The position numbers were made by a program, and so were the translations under genes. From the IMG/VR virus record IMGVR_UViG_3300035145_001165, positions 1 to 64,000 of that record: DNA of 64,000 nt; one strand, written 5' to 3'. The DNA comes from a virus. Below, piece after piece: positions 56,528 to 64,000 of this stretch (position 1 is the first letter of the stretch; the number at the start of each line of letters is the position of its first letter). The notes below the pieces were generated by a model, which saw nothing but the letters and a program-made list of their open reading frames with translations, ran no database searches and was not told where the DNA came from.

Positions 56528-56761
56528 CGTTCCGCGACTTACTTGCGTCCTCAGGTAAAGGTACCGCTACATTGACCTTCCACTTTTGTCTTGAGATATC
56601 CAATCAGATTCCACTTAGATCGTTGATCTAGGTTGGGATCCATTTGAATCTCCACTCGACGTTGGAGGAACCTTTCACAGGACATATGCCAACCATAAGG
56701 ATTGGCGTCATCGTGATGGGCAAGGGTCAATGCCAACAGCAGACTTACCATTGGATGAACG
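56528..56761 (-). ncRNA. Glutamine riboswitch-like aptamer 1 with an ORF in the P2 loop
   Basis: CGTTCA-TCC-AAT-GGTAA...[ORF]...TTACC-TGA-GGA-CGCAAGTAAGTCGCGGAACG, starting at the predicted +1. Confidence 0.65.
56551..56751 (-). CDS. Riboswitch-embedded small protein 1 (66 aa, hydrophobic N-terminus, C-X35-C)
   Basis: MVSLLLALTLAHHDDANPYGWHMSCERF...EGQCSGTFT. Confidence 0.7.
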   Translation of the reverse strand: MVSLLLALTLAHHDDANPYGWHMSCERFLQRRVEIQMDPNLDQRSKWNLIGYLKTKVEGQCSGTFT

Positions 56762-56768
56762 TACAGAC

Positions 56769-56798
56769 ATTATACGATGTCTTGTACTATGTAGTCAA
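56769..56798 (-). promoter_or_regulatory. sigma70-like promoter of the riboswitch operon
   Basis: TTGACT-18 bp-TATAAT, 7 nt upstream of aptamer 1. Confidence 0.75.
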
Positions 56799-56802
56799 GG
56801 TG

Positions 56803-56824
56803 TTTGGTATACTACTATACCAAA
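56803..56824. promoter_or_regulatory. NtcA-type binding site
   Basis: TTTGGTATA-CTAC-TATACCAAA is a perfect palindrome containing GTA-N8-TAC (56807-56820). Confidence 0.6.
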
Positions 56825-56825
56825 T

Positions 56826-57263
56826 TTATTTTCTGTTTCCCCACTGAACCTTGGGAAACGCTGCCTTGACTACGTTCTCGGTGATCCTGTACTTTTTCTT
56901 AAGACTTTTATCTTTGGCGAGAAGGAGAACCTCTGCTTCAGACTCGTGTAACCCCTCCAGGAGACCCACGAACATCGTCTCTCGCTTCAGAGATGTAAGA
57001 CTATCAGCGCCACCCTTCACGAAGTAGTGGAGCAGTCTGTGCTCTGTGCTGAGGCGTGCGTGCTCTGTTCCAGCAGGTGCCTCGTTTGGTTTATAAGGAA
57101 CAGAACCCTCAGGGAGATTAGATTCAATACTTTCATCAAAATTGATGATCAGAATCTTCCTGAGAGCATCACTGTTATGTTGCTGCAGAAGTTTAATCTT
57201 CTGCTCTTTTGTCTTAGCGTTGCTAACTTTTTGAAGGACTTCGGAAACTAATAATTCAGCCAT
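56826..57263 (-). CDS. Conserved T4-like cyanophage protein
   Basis: LLVSEVLQKVSNAKTK..NFDESI...LPEG.VPY..RETMFVGLLEGLH. Confidence 0.8.
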   Translation of the reverse strand: MAELLVSEVLQKVSNAKTKEQKIKLLQQHNSDALRKILIINFDESIESNLPEGSVPYKPNEAPAGTEHARLSTEHRLLHYFVKGGADSLTSLKRETMFVGLLEGLHESEAEVLLLAKDKSLKKKYRITENVVKAAFPKVQWGNRK

Positions 57264-57283
57264 AGTAAAAGATTTTCTAGTAT

Positions 57284-57511
57284 TTATGCCTCGTCTTCTT
57301 CCTCGTAATCCTCGAAGGTGAGAGAAAGAAGTTCGCCAGTATATGCTCTACCTTTAGAGTCATACATCTCGGGATGATCAAACGGTTCCTCCGCTTCACC
57401 CCCATTAAGTGAGAAAACTACATCGTTTCCTACCCAACCAATGATGCCTCCTAGAACAAAAAAGATCACACAAGAGACAGCAGAGAAAAATAGTGTAATG
57501 GATACTGGCAT
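57284..57511 (-). CDS. Hypothetical membrane protein
   Basis: Hydrophobic helix followed by HPEMYD..G...ELL. Confidence 0.7.
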   Translation of the reverse strand: MPVSITLFFSAVSCVIFFVLGGIIGWVGNDVVFSLNGGEAEEPFDHPEMYDSKGRAYTGELLSLTFEDYEEEDEA

Positions 57512-57515
57512 CGAA

Positions 57516-57683
57516 TTACTCCTTGTTAATATCCTCCCACTCAATACTAAACTGGAGATAGTACTTTTTATGGAAGAGTTTGATGTTGGGGTTAAAAGCG
57601 AACCCCTTACGCTCTACCCTGGGTTCGGGTTTCTTAGACCTCCTAAGCATCAACTCTATGCCCTTATTTATCTTGGAACTCAT
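57516..57683 (-). CDS. Small hypothetical protein (55 aa, MSSKINKGIELMLRR...)
   Basis: Read manually; ATGA-coupled to the glutaredoxin stop. Confidence 0.6.
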   Translation of the reverse strand: MSSKINKGIELMLRRSKKPEPRVERKGFAFNPNIKLFHKKYYLQFSIEWEDINKE

Positions 57684-57925
57684 ACAAATCCTTGCGCTTG
57701 GAAATACTTTGCAGTCTCGACAAGACCACCAAGTTGTTGTCCTTTAAAGACAACTTGAGGGAAGGTAATAGATTCTTTATCAAAGACTTCTAGGATCTGT
57801 TGCTTAGTAGCATCCTTACCAAGTTTGATCTCAACGTATTCAAACCCAGCACGTTCCATAAGTTCTTTAACCATCTTGCAATACTTACAAGCGGACATAG
57901 TATAGATGACAATAGTGTCTTCCAT
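57680..57925 (-). CDS. nrdC: Glutaredoxin
   Basis: CKYC, TFPQV and LGG motifs. Confidence 0.9.
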   Translation of the reverse strand: MEDTIVIYTMSACKYCKMVKELMERAGFEYVEIKLGKDATKQQILEVFDKESITFPQVVFKGQQLGGLVETAKYFQAQGFV

Positions 57926-58008
57926 TAAAAAGGAGGGCATTTGCCCTCCAAGTATAGCACAGGTTTACTGGATTTTGCCAGCACCTATTAGCGGCGACGA
58001 CACTTTAT

Positions 58009-59064
58009 TTAGAGAGCGTTGCCTCTAGGAAGAACTTCCTCGGGGAACACAAAGTTCTCGTGAGGTTGATCGACTTGCGCCATCCAGTTACGAAGACCTT
58101 CGTTCAAGAGAATGTTCTTGGTGTAGAAGGTTTCAAACTCTGGATCTTCTGCTGCTCTGATCTCTTGGGAAACAAAGTCATAAGCGCGAAGGTTGAGAGC
58201 AAGACCAATAATACCGATGGAAGCTGTCCAAAGACCCATAACAGGAACAAACAACATAAAGAAGTGCAACCACCTCTTATTACTAAACGCAATACCAAAG
58301 ATCTGAGACCAGAAGCGGTTTGCTGTAACCATCGAATAGGTTTCTTCTTCCTGAGTGCTATCAAATGCCTTGAAAGTGTTTGCATCGTCACCATCTTGAT
58401 ACAAAGTATTCTCTACTGTAACACCGTGGATCGCAGAGAGCAATGCTCCTCCTAAGATTCCTGCTACCCCCATCATATGAAACGGGTTGAGTGTCCAGTT
58501 GTGGAAGCCCTGTAGGAAGAGAAGGAAGCGGAAAATCGCCGCGACACCGAAACTCGGCGCAAAGAACCAACTGGACTGTCCGAGAGGATAGATGAGAAAA
58601 ACAGAAGTAAAGACAGCAATCGGACCAGAAAAAGCAATCGCATTGTACGGACGGATACCTACTAGACGTGCAATCTCAAACTGCCTGAGCATAAACCCGA
58701 TCAGGGCGAAAGCTCCGTGGAGCGCCACAAAAGCCCAGAGTCCCCCAAGTTGGCACCAGCGGATGAAATCTCCCTGAGACTCAGGACCCCAAAGTAAAAG
58801 AAGAGAATGACCCATAGCATCAGCAGGCGTTGACACAGCCGCTGTAAGGAAGTTAGCACCCTCCAGGTAACTACTTGCAAGTCCGTGGGTGTACCAACTC
58901 GTGACAAACGTTGTGCCAGTAAGCCAGCCACCAATTGCAAGATAAGCAGTGGGAAAAAGAAGTAGTCCAGACCAACCCACAAAGACAAAGCGATCTCGTT
59001 TAAGCCAGTCATCAAGGATGTCAAACCATTCCCTCCTCGGTTGTTGTAGTGTTGACGCTACCAT
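58009..59064 (-). CDS. psbD: Photosystem II D2 protein
   Basis: [21 protein letters not shown]...[10 protein letters not shown]. Confidence 0.99.
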   Translation of the reverse strand: MVASTLQQPRREWFDILDDWLKRDRFVFVGWSGLLLFPTAYLAIGGWLTGTTFVTSWYTHGLASSYLEGANFLTAAVSTPADAMGHSLLLLWGPESQGDFIRWCQLGGLWAFVALHGAFALIGFMLRQFEIARLVGIRPYNAIAFSGPIAVFTSVFLIYPLGQSSWFFAPSFGVAAIFRFLLFLQGFHNWTLNPFHMMGVAGILGGALLSAIHGVTVENTLYQDGDDANTFKAFDSTQEEETYSMVTANRFWSQIFGIAFSNKRWLHFFMLFVPVMGLWTASIGIIGLALNLRAYDFVSQEIRAAEDPEFETFYTKNILLNEGLRNWMAQVDQPHENFVFPEEVLPRGNAL

Positions 59065-59161
59065 TGTTGTTTACCTTTTTGAATTCCTTTAAGTAGTAAA
59101 GTTGTGGCCAAGTATCACGTATGATCTCAGCGAGTTTGTAAGGCGTGTCCTTATCGATCAT
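59021..59161 (-). CDS. Small hypothetical protein between psbA and psbD (46 aa, [24 protein letters not shown]...)
   Basis: Read manually; overlaps the psbD 5' end by 44 nt. Confidence 0.5.
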   Translation of the reverse strand: MIDKDTPYKLAEIIRDTWPQLYYLKEFKKVNNNGSVNTTTTEEGMV

Positions 59162-59207
59162 AATAGTAACACACAAAGTAGGGGTAGTGCGACCGTAGAA
59201 ATGCCTA

Positions 59208-59240
59208 GAAAAAACCCCGCCAGATATTCTCTGACGGGGC
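59208..59240 (-). terminator. psbA terminator
   Basis: GCCCCGTCAGA-GAATA-TCTGGCGGGGT followed by a U-tract. Confidence 0.8.
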
Positions 59241-59260
59241 GTAGACTACCATCGTCCATA

Positions 59261-60343
59261 TCAGCCGATAGCAGGTGCTTTAAGAGCAACAGGGGTGTTC
59301 TCGACAGCGGCGAGATCCAGGGGGAAGTTGTGAGCATTACGCTCGTGCATAACTTCCATACCGAGACCAGCGCGGTTCAGAACATCTGCCCAGGTGTTGA
59401 TCACCTTTCCTTGCGATTCAACAATGGACTGGTTGAAGTTGAAACCGTTCAGGTTGAACGCCATCGTGCTCACACCAAGGGCGGTGAACCAGATGCCAAC
59501 CACAGGCCACGCTGCCAGGAAGAAGTGCAGCGAACGGGAGTTGTTGAATGAAGCGTATTGGAAGATCAGGCGACCGAAGTAACCGTGAGCGGCGACAATG
59601 TTGTAGGTCTCTTCTTCTTGACCGAACTTGTAACCGTAGTTTTGTGACTCAGTTTCAGTCGTTTCGCGAACCAGCGAGGAAGTAACGAGACTTCCGTGCA
59701 TAGCAGAGAAAAGAGATCCACCGAATACCCCAGCAACACCGAGCATATGGAACGGATGCATAAGGATGTTGTGCTCTGCTTGGAAAACAAGCATATAGTT
59801 AAACGTGCCGCTGATACCCAGAGGCATACCATCAGAAAAACTACCTTGACCAAAGGGGTAGACGAGGAAGACGGCGCTTGCGGCAGCGACGGGAGCGGAG
59901 TAAGCAACACAGATCCAAGGGCGCATACCCAGGCGATAGGACAGTTCCCATTCGCGTCCCATATAGCAGAAGACGCCGATCAGGAAGTGGAAGACGACAA
60001 GCTGGTAAGGACCACCGTTGTAAAGCCATTCATCCAGACTTGCTGCTTCCCAAATGGGGTAGAAGTGAAGACCAATTGCGTTGGAGCTAGGCACCACTGC
60101 GCCAGAGATGATGTTGTTACCATACATCAGAGAACCTGCAACAGGTTCGCGGATACCGTCGATGTCAACAGGAGGTGCTGCCACGAAGGCGGTGATAAAG
60201 CAGATGGTTGCTGCCAACAGAGTTGGGATCATCAGCACACCAAACCAACCCACATACAGTCGGTTGTTAGTTGAGGTCACCCAGGAACAAAAGTTTTCCC
60301 AGGTAGATGCGCCTTGCTGGCGCGAGAGAGTTGAAGCGGACAT
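59261..60343 (-). CDS. psbA: Photosystem II D1 protein
   Basis: [14 protein letters not shown]...[13 protein letters not shown]; uninterrupted. Confidence 0.99.
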   Translation of the reverse strand: MSASTLSRQQGASTWENFCSWVTSTNNRLYVGWFGVLMIPTLLAATICFITAFVAAPPVDIDGIREPVAGSLMYGNNIISGAVVPSSNAIGLHFYPIWEAASLDEWLYNGGPYQLVVFHFLIGVFCYMGREWELSYRLGMRPWICVAYSAPVAAASAVFLVYPFGQGSFSDGMPLGISGTFNYMLVFQAEHNILMHPFHMLGVAGVFGGSLFSAMHGSLVTSSLVRETTETESQNYGYKFGQEEETYNIVAAHGYFGRLIFQYASFNNSRSLHFFLAAWPVVGIWFTALGVSTMAFNLNGFNFNQSIVESQGKVINTWADVLNRAGLGMEVMHERNAHNFPLDLAAVENTPVALKAPAIG

Positions 60344-60349
60344 TAAATT

Positions 60350-60466
60350 AACAGAAAAGTAAGACCATCAGGGAAATGGTGGAGTTACTATTTCCTCACC
60401 ACCCTCGGGTGAGGATATGAGAGACGTGATTTATACACCCTAGAGGTCTCGGTTTGTGGGGTGTTT
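60350..60466 (-). ncRNA. PhotoRC-II-like structured psbA 5' leader
   Basis: ACACCC/GGGTGT, GAGAC/GTCTC pseudoknot, TCCTCACC/GGTGAGGA and ACCAT/ATGGT helices upstream of psbA. Confidence 0.7.
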
Positions 60467-60511
60467 ACAACAGTCTAAAAAACGTTACGTTTCTTAACCG
60501 ATGATTTATTT

Positions 60512-60540
60512 AGTATACAGGAGTTCGGTTTTCCTGTCAA
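60512..60540 (-). promoter_or_regulatory. psbA sigma70-like promoter followed by a late-type TAAATA
   Basis: TTGACA-17 bp-TATACT-AAATAAAT. Confidence 0.8.
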
Positions 60541-62276
60541 GACTCAGAAGATAAGTACTTGTACTCATTAGCAAGCGTGTCCTCGTCCACAAAGTAAACG
60601 TAGTCAAGCATTGAATCTTGGAGTGTGTCCAATGCGTCTTGCTTAGTGTGCACCAAGGGTTTACCTGCGAGATTGAAACTGGTGTTCATCAGAACTGGAA
60701 CGCCAGTGATCTTATTATACTCTCTCAAGACTTCCGACATAAAACCTGTTGTGACAGTTTGCATTCTGCACGTACCGTCCACGTGGATGACGCCAGGGAT
60801 CTCTTGTAATGCTTTCTCTTTAGCATCAAAAGATATGGTCATATTAGGTGACGAGGTGACACCAAGCGTCTCAAAGTAATCTTGGAAGTATTCTTCCAGG
60901 ATGATACCTGCAAAGGGGCGATACCATTCTCTCTTCTTAATCAGATTCAGACGGTCCTTAGCGTCCTTCTGACGGGCATCAAACAGGATCGAACGGTGTC
61001 CAAGGGCACGGGGTCCTGCCTCAGGGTTACCATCGTACAGCGCCACAGAGCGACCATCAGCAATCAACTGAGCGATCTCCTGTGCAGTAGCACCCTTGCC
61101 ACCGACCTCAGGTTGTGGGTCTAAGTGATGGTAGAAGGTGTCCAGCATCGGGTGTGGGGTAGCATCGTTGGTTGCTTTCCTATAGATGTACCACGCTGCA
61201 CCCAAGCTGTTACCAGTGTCATCAGCATTAGGTTCAAAATAGAAGTTGACATCAGGATTATTTGCAATCAAATAATTGTTGGCAACAACATTCAGACCAT
61301 ATCCACCAGTAATAATGACATCTTTTAGTCCTGTTTTCTTCACCCAACGCTGCACCATATGATTCAATGCCTGTTGCGTCTGGCGCTGAAGGTGGTATGC
61401 CCAGTCAGCATAAGGTTTGTGGTTCTCAGGTGTAACCTTACCTGTCATCTTTGCCTTAGGATTAGCGACAGTAACACACCAGGATTCGTGAGTCAGGTAC
61501 TGATCGATAGGAGTTGATCCGATGAACAGTGGAGGGAAGTCCTTAGGTTCACCATAAGCAGCAAGACCCATCGTCTTGCCATTCTCCATAGGACCCTCAC
61601 CAATAAGAGTGGTACCACTCTCATATGTTTTGGTGATACCGAAACTACTCTTGAGACTAAGTTCGCAACCAGGATACTTTGCCTGAAGTTTCTTACAGAA
61701 ATCGTAGTAACCCTTGGGTCTGTTGGCGTGCGTCCTAGGGTTGGTAGGATTACGCATCCAGAATGCTTTATAAAGTTCCTTATAAAGACAAGGTTGCTGG
61801 ATTGCATACACGCTTTCTGTTTCTCTACCGATCCACTCTGCTGTAGGGAGACCAGTAGCAGGATCAACAGCAACTGGTTCATCATCAGGATCATAGATCT
61901 GAGAACCATCGCGATCAATCACAAACACCAATGCCCTTTCAAATCCACTGTTATTATAAGCATTAAACAAGTGCGAGATATGGTGCGCCGCAGTTAGATC
62001 AATGAAATCTGTATCAGGATCTAGATTTAATTTCTTACAGATGTAACAACGATATACATCTAAGTATGCAGGGTGATGTGTCGGTGACTGCATCACCACA
62101 GTATTAATAGGACCCTTTGCAGCAGCAATTGCTCTGTCGATAGCACTGAAGGGTTGCTTATCTCTCTTCTCTCCAGTGTACCTCTCTTCCTTAGCAAAGA
62201 ATTCAAGTTCACCGTCACAGATAACACAGACACTGGAATCGTGCGCTGTACTAAAACCAAGAACTCTATAACTCAT
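60537..62276 (-). CDS. Carbamoyltransferase (NodU/CmcH family)
   Basis: HDSS, EER, HHISH, GGYGLN, EAGPRALGHRS, KKREWYRPFA, HVDG and NTSFN motifs. Confidence 0.9.
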   Translation of the reverse strand: MSYRVLGFSTAHDSSVCVICDGELEFFAKEERYTGEKRDKQPFSAIDRAIAAAKGPINTVVMQSPTHHPAYLDVYRCYICKKLNLDPDTDFIDLTAAHHISHLFNAYNNSGFERALVFVIDRDGSQIYDPDDEPVAVDPATGLPTAEWIGRETESVYAIQQPCLYKELYKAFWMRNPTNPRTHANRPKGYYDFCKKLQAKYPGCELSLKSSFGITKTYESGTTLIGEGPMENGKTMGLAAYGEPKDFPPLFIGSTPIDQYLTHESWCVTVANPKAKMTGKVTPENHKPYADWAYHLQRQTQQALNHMVQRWVKKTGLKDVIITGGYGLNVVANNYLIANNPDVNFYFEPNADDTGNSLGAAWYIYRKATNDATPHPMLDTFYHHLDPQPEVGGKGATAQEIAQLIADGRSVALYDGNPEAGPRALGHRSILFDARQKDAKDRLNLIKKREWYRPFAGIILEEYFQDYFETLGVTSSPNMTISFDAKEKALQEIPGVIHVDGTCRMQTVTTGFMSEVLREYNKITGVPVLMNTSFNLAGKPLVHTKQDALDTLQDSMLDYVYFVDEDTLANEYKYLSSES

Positions 62277-62321
62277 AAAAAAAGGGAGCGCGATGCTCCC
62301 AGTATAACAGGATATTGATAT

Positions 62322-62597
62322 TTAGGGTGCCTTTGAAGGTTCAAAAGGTGACCGATTTTTATTTTTAATTACAATGAAGGCGTCCTTGTTATATTTGCGG
62401 GTACCCTTGACAGGTGCCCACTTAGTACCAGCGCCATCAATTTCATAAACAGAGGTGCCTGCGATCTCTACAGCAACATCATCACCGTAGTCCCAACCTA
62501 ATGCTTCCAGAGCAATGGCGAGTTGTCCAAGCATACCTCCAGGATACATTACGTGGTCTTCCATAACGTGTTCTTCGGGTTCAAGATTTCCGTGCAT
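62322..62597 (-). CDS. Conserved cyanophage hypothetical protein
   Basis: MHGNLEPEE...WAPVKGTRKYNKDAFIVIKN. Confidence 0.7.
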   Translation of the reverse strand: MHGNLEPEEHVMEDHVMYPGGMLGQLAIALEALGWDYGDDVAVEIAGTSVYEIDGAGTKWAPVKGTRKYNKDAFIVIKNKNRSPFEPSKAP

Positions 62598-62634
62598 TCA
62601 AGTAGGGGCGACCAGTAAAGTATAGCAGGTTTTC

Positions 62635-62742
62635 TCACCAAACGCCAGGGATGACCTGACCTGTTGTGAAGTAAGCACCAACTGCGGCAATGAAACCAAT
62701 CATAGCGGCGCGACCATTCCAACGTTCTGCTTTTTCAGTCAT
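62635..62742 (-). CDS. hli: High-light-inducible protein (35 aa)
   Basis: Read manually: MTEKAERWNGRAAMIGF...TGQVIPGVW, with ExxNGRxAM and TGQ.IPG motifs. Confidence 0.92.
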   Translation of the reverse strand: MTEKAERWNGRAAMIGFIAAVGAYFTTGQVIPGVW

Positions 62743-62884
62743 TGTTTTCTAGTGTGAGGTTTTTAATGATAATTTTTTCACCATCGTGGGTGAACTGTAG
62801 CTCGTCATCAGGATGCCACAGAAGCTCTTCGTACATATCGTCAAGCTTTTGCATATCCTTCCACAAAGCATCAGGGTCTGGCAT
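62735..62884 (-). CDS. Small hypothetical protein (49 aa, MPDPDALWKDMQKLDDMYEELLWHPDDEL...)
   Basis: Read manually; lies between the two hli genes. Confidence 0.6.
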   Translation of the reverse strand: MPDPDALWKDMQKLDDMYEELLWHPDDELQFTHDGEKIIIKNLTLENND

Positions 62885-62911
62885 AATTCTAAGATATTTC
62901 TTCTAATTATA

Positions 62912-63115
62912 TCAGAAAATACCGAAGAAGAATTTACCAGTGATAGCATATGAAATGAAACCAGAGATGATACCCATCATCGCCCAGCGTCCATTGTACT
63001 TTTCAATGTACTCCTGAGGGGAATCAAGTCCCTTACGGTTGTACTCTTCGACAACCATCTGGGGTTCTTTGGCAAACAGATTATTCTGTCCGTACTCATT
63101 GGTCGTAACAGTCAT
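62912..63115 (-). CDS. hli: High-light-inducible protein (67 aa)
   Basis: NLFAKEP...EKYNGRWAMMG...ITGKFFFGIF. Confidence 0.9.
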   Translation of the reverse strand: MTVTTNEYGQNNLFAKEPQMVVEEYNRKGLDSPQEYIEKYNGRWAMMGIISGFISYAITGKFFFGIF

Positions 63116-63139
63116 TGAAGTATTGTGAAGAACTGTAAC

Positions 63140-63177
63140 ATTATATAGCATAGAAAAGGGGGGCGTCAAGCCCCCCA
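63140..63177 (-). terminator. pstS terminator with an overlapping hli promoter
   Basis: GGGGGGC-TTGAC-GCCCCCC-TTTT, overlapped by TTGACG-18-TATAAT. Confidence 0.75.
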
Positions 63178-63203
63178 TCGTTAGGATTCCTTAACAATCC
63201 ACA

Positions 63204-64000
63204 TCACTTCAGCTTATCAGTGGCAGCGAGTGCCTTCTGACGCAACTCCTCAGGAAGAGGAACATAACCAAGAGCGTCTGCTTTACCCTGTTGTGTAGGG
63301 GTCAGCATCCAGTTGAGCATCTCCTTCACCTCAGCATTCTTCTCATACTCAGGATACGCTAGGATCCAAGTAAGGGAGACAATAGGGTATGCATTGGAAC
63401 CAGCAGGGTTAGCGTCAGCACCACGAAGCTGATCGTCCAGGACGATCTTTGATAGACCTGCTGCAGATGTTTCAGCATTTGCTGTGACATAATTACCTGC
63501 CTTGTTTTGTAGAGCAACCTGTTGGAACTTACCACCACTTACATAACCATAATTCAGATAACCGATAGCACCTTCAGTGTTCTTGATGTTACCAGCAACA
63601 CCAGAGTTGCCCTTACCACCAATACCAACTGGCCACATAACAGACTTACCAGTTCCTACAGTCTTCTTCCACTCAGGAGAGAATGCTGACAGAGAGTTAG
63701 TGAAACCTTTGGTGGTGCCACTACCATCAGAGCGATGAACGGTAACAATCTGCTTGTCAGCACAACCAAATGTGCTCCAGTTAGTAATCTTACCAAGGAA
63801 AACATCAGCAAGTTCAGTCTGTGTCATCTTGGCATCACAACCAGGATAGTTGTATGCAGGAACGATAGCACCACCAGTCATAGGAATGTGAACCATACCT
63901 TCAGCAGGTTGCTTGCTGTCCTTTACGGCACCATCAGAGGCACCGAAGTCAACAGTCTTTGCCTTGAACTGACGGACACCAGCACCACTACCAACTGCTT
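63204..64000 (-). CDS. pstS: Phosphate ABC transporter substrate-binding protein (5' end outside the window)
   Basis: GSGAGVRQF..DFGASD (read upstream of the listed Met), HRSDGSGTT, GKGNSGVA and YPIVSLTW motifs. Confidence 0.96.
   Translation of the reverse strand, partial: AVGSGAGVRQFKAKTVDFGASDGAVKDSKQPAEGMVHIPMTGGAIVPAYNYPGCDAKMTQTELADVFLGKITNWSTFGCADKQIVTVHRSDGSGTTKGFTNSLSAFSPEWKKTVGTGKSVMWPVGIGGKGNSGVAGNIKNTEGAIGYLNYGYVSGGKFQQVALQNKAGNYVTANAETSAAGLSKIVLDDQLRGADANPAGSNAYPIVSLTWILAYPEYEKNAEVKEMLNWMLTPTQQGKADALGYVPLPEELRQKALAATDKLK

Noticed and set aside
56514-56603. 86-aa version of the ORF ending at 56343
   Set aside because: The extension runs through the RNA aptamer and overlaps ORF1. 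The ATG at 56513 sits in the same structural position as the ORF1 start.
58009-60343. Group I intron or homing endonuclease in or near psbA/psbD
   Set aside because: Both frames are full length and uninterrupted, and the intergenic gap is only about 200 bp.
63204-64000. Pho box controlling pstS
   Set aside because: The pstS 5' end and promoter lie outside the window, so this cannot be assessed.

Overview
This 64-kb window comes from a T4-like marine cyanomyovirus (Kyanoviridae-type). The moderate GC content, tRNA set and psbA/psbD suggest a Synechococcus host. Almost all genes are on the minus strand; the only plus-strand island is g4-g2-g48-g53 at 43571-47595. Left half (1-30236): large tail-fibre and virion-appendage genes. 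These include two duplicated fibre+tip cassettes, a 3238-aa protein with subtilase, YHYH and cupredoxin-like modules nested inside each other, three tail-collar proteins and a 2161-aa fibre. Middle: tRNA-Asn, tRNA-Leu, a split gp5, cp12, baseplate hub and tape-measure genes, gp32, tRNA-Thr and a manA-like structured RNA. Right part: gp33, exonuclease, phoH, thyX, 2OG-Fe(II) oxygenases, glutaredoxin, psbD, psbA, a carbamoyltransferase, two hli genes and the 3' part of pstS. The most striking element is a compact, apparently nitrogen-regulated operon at about 55945-56825. An NtcA-type palindrome and a sigma70 promoter precede two tandem glutamine-riboswitch-like aptamers. Each aptamer carries a whole small Cys-X35-Cys ORF inside its P2 loop, with the start and stop regions base-paired. 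Two DUF4278-like peptides and a terminator follow. The window also appears to avoid CATG, and probably CCGG. All family assignments come from motif recognition by eye; no searches or folding programs were run.
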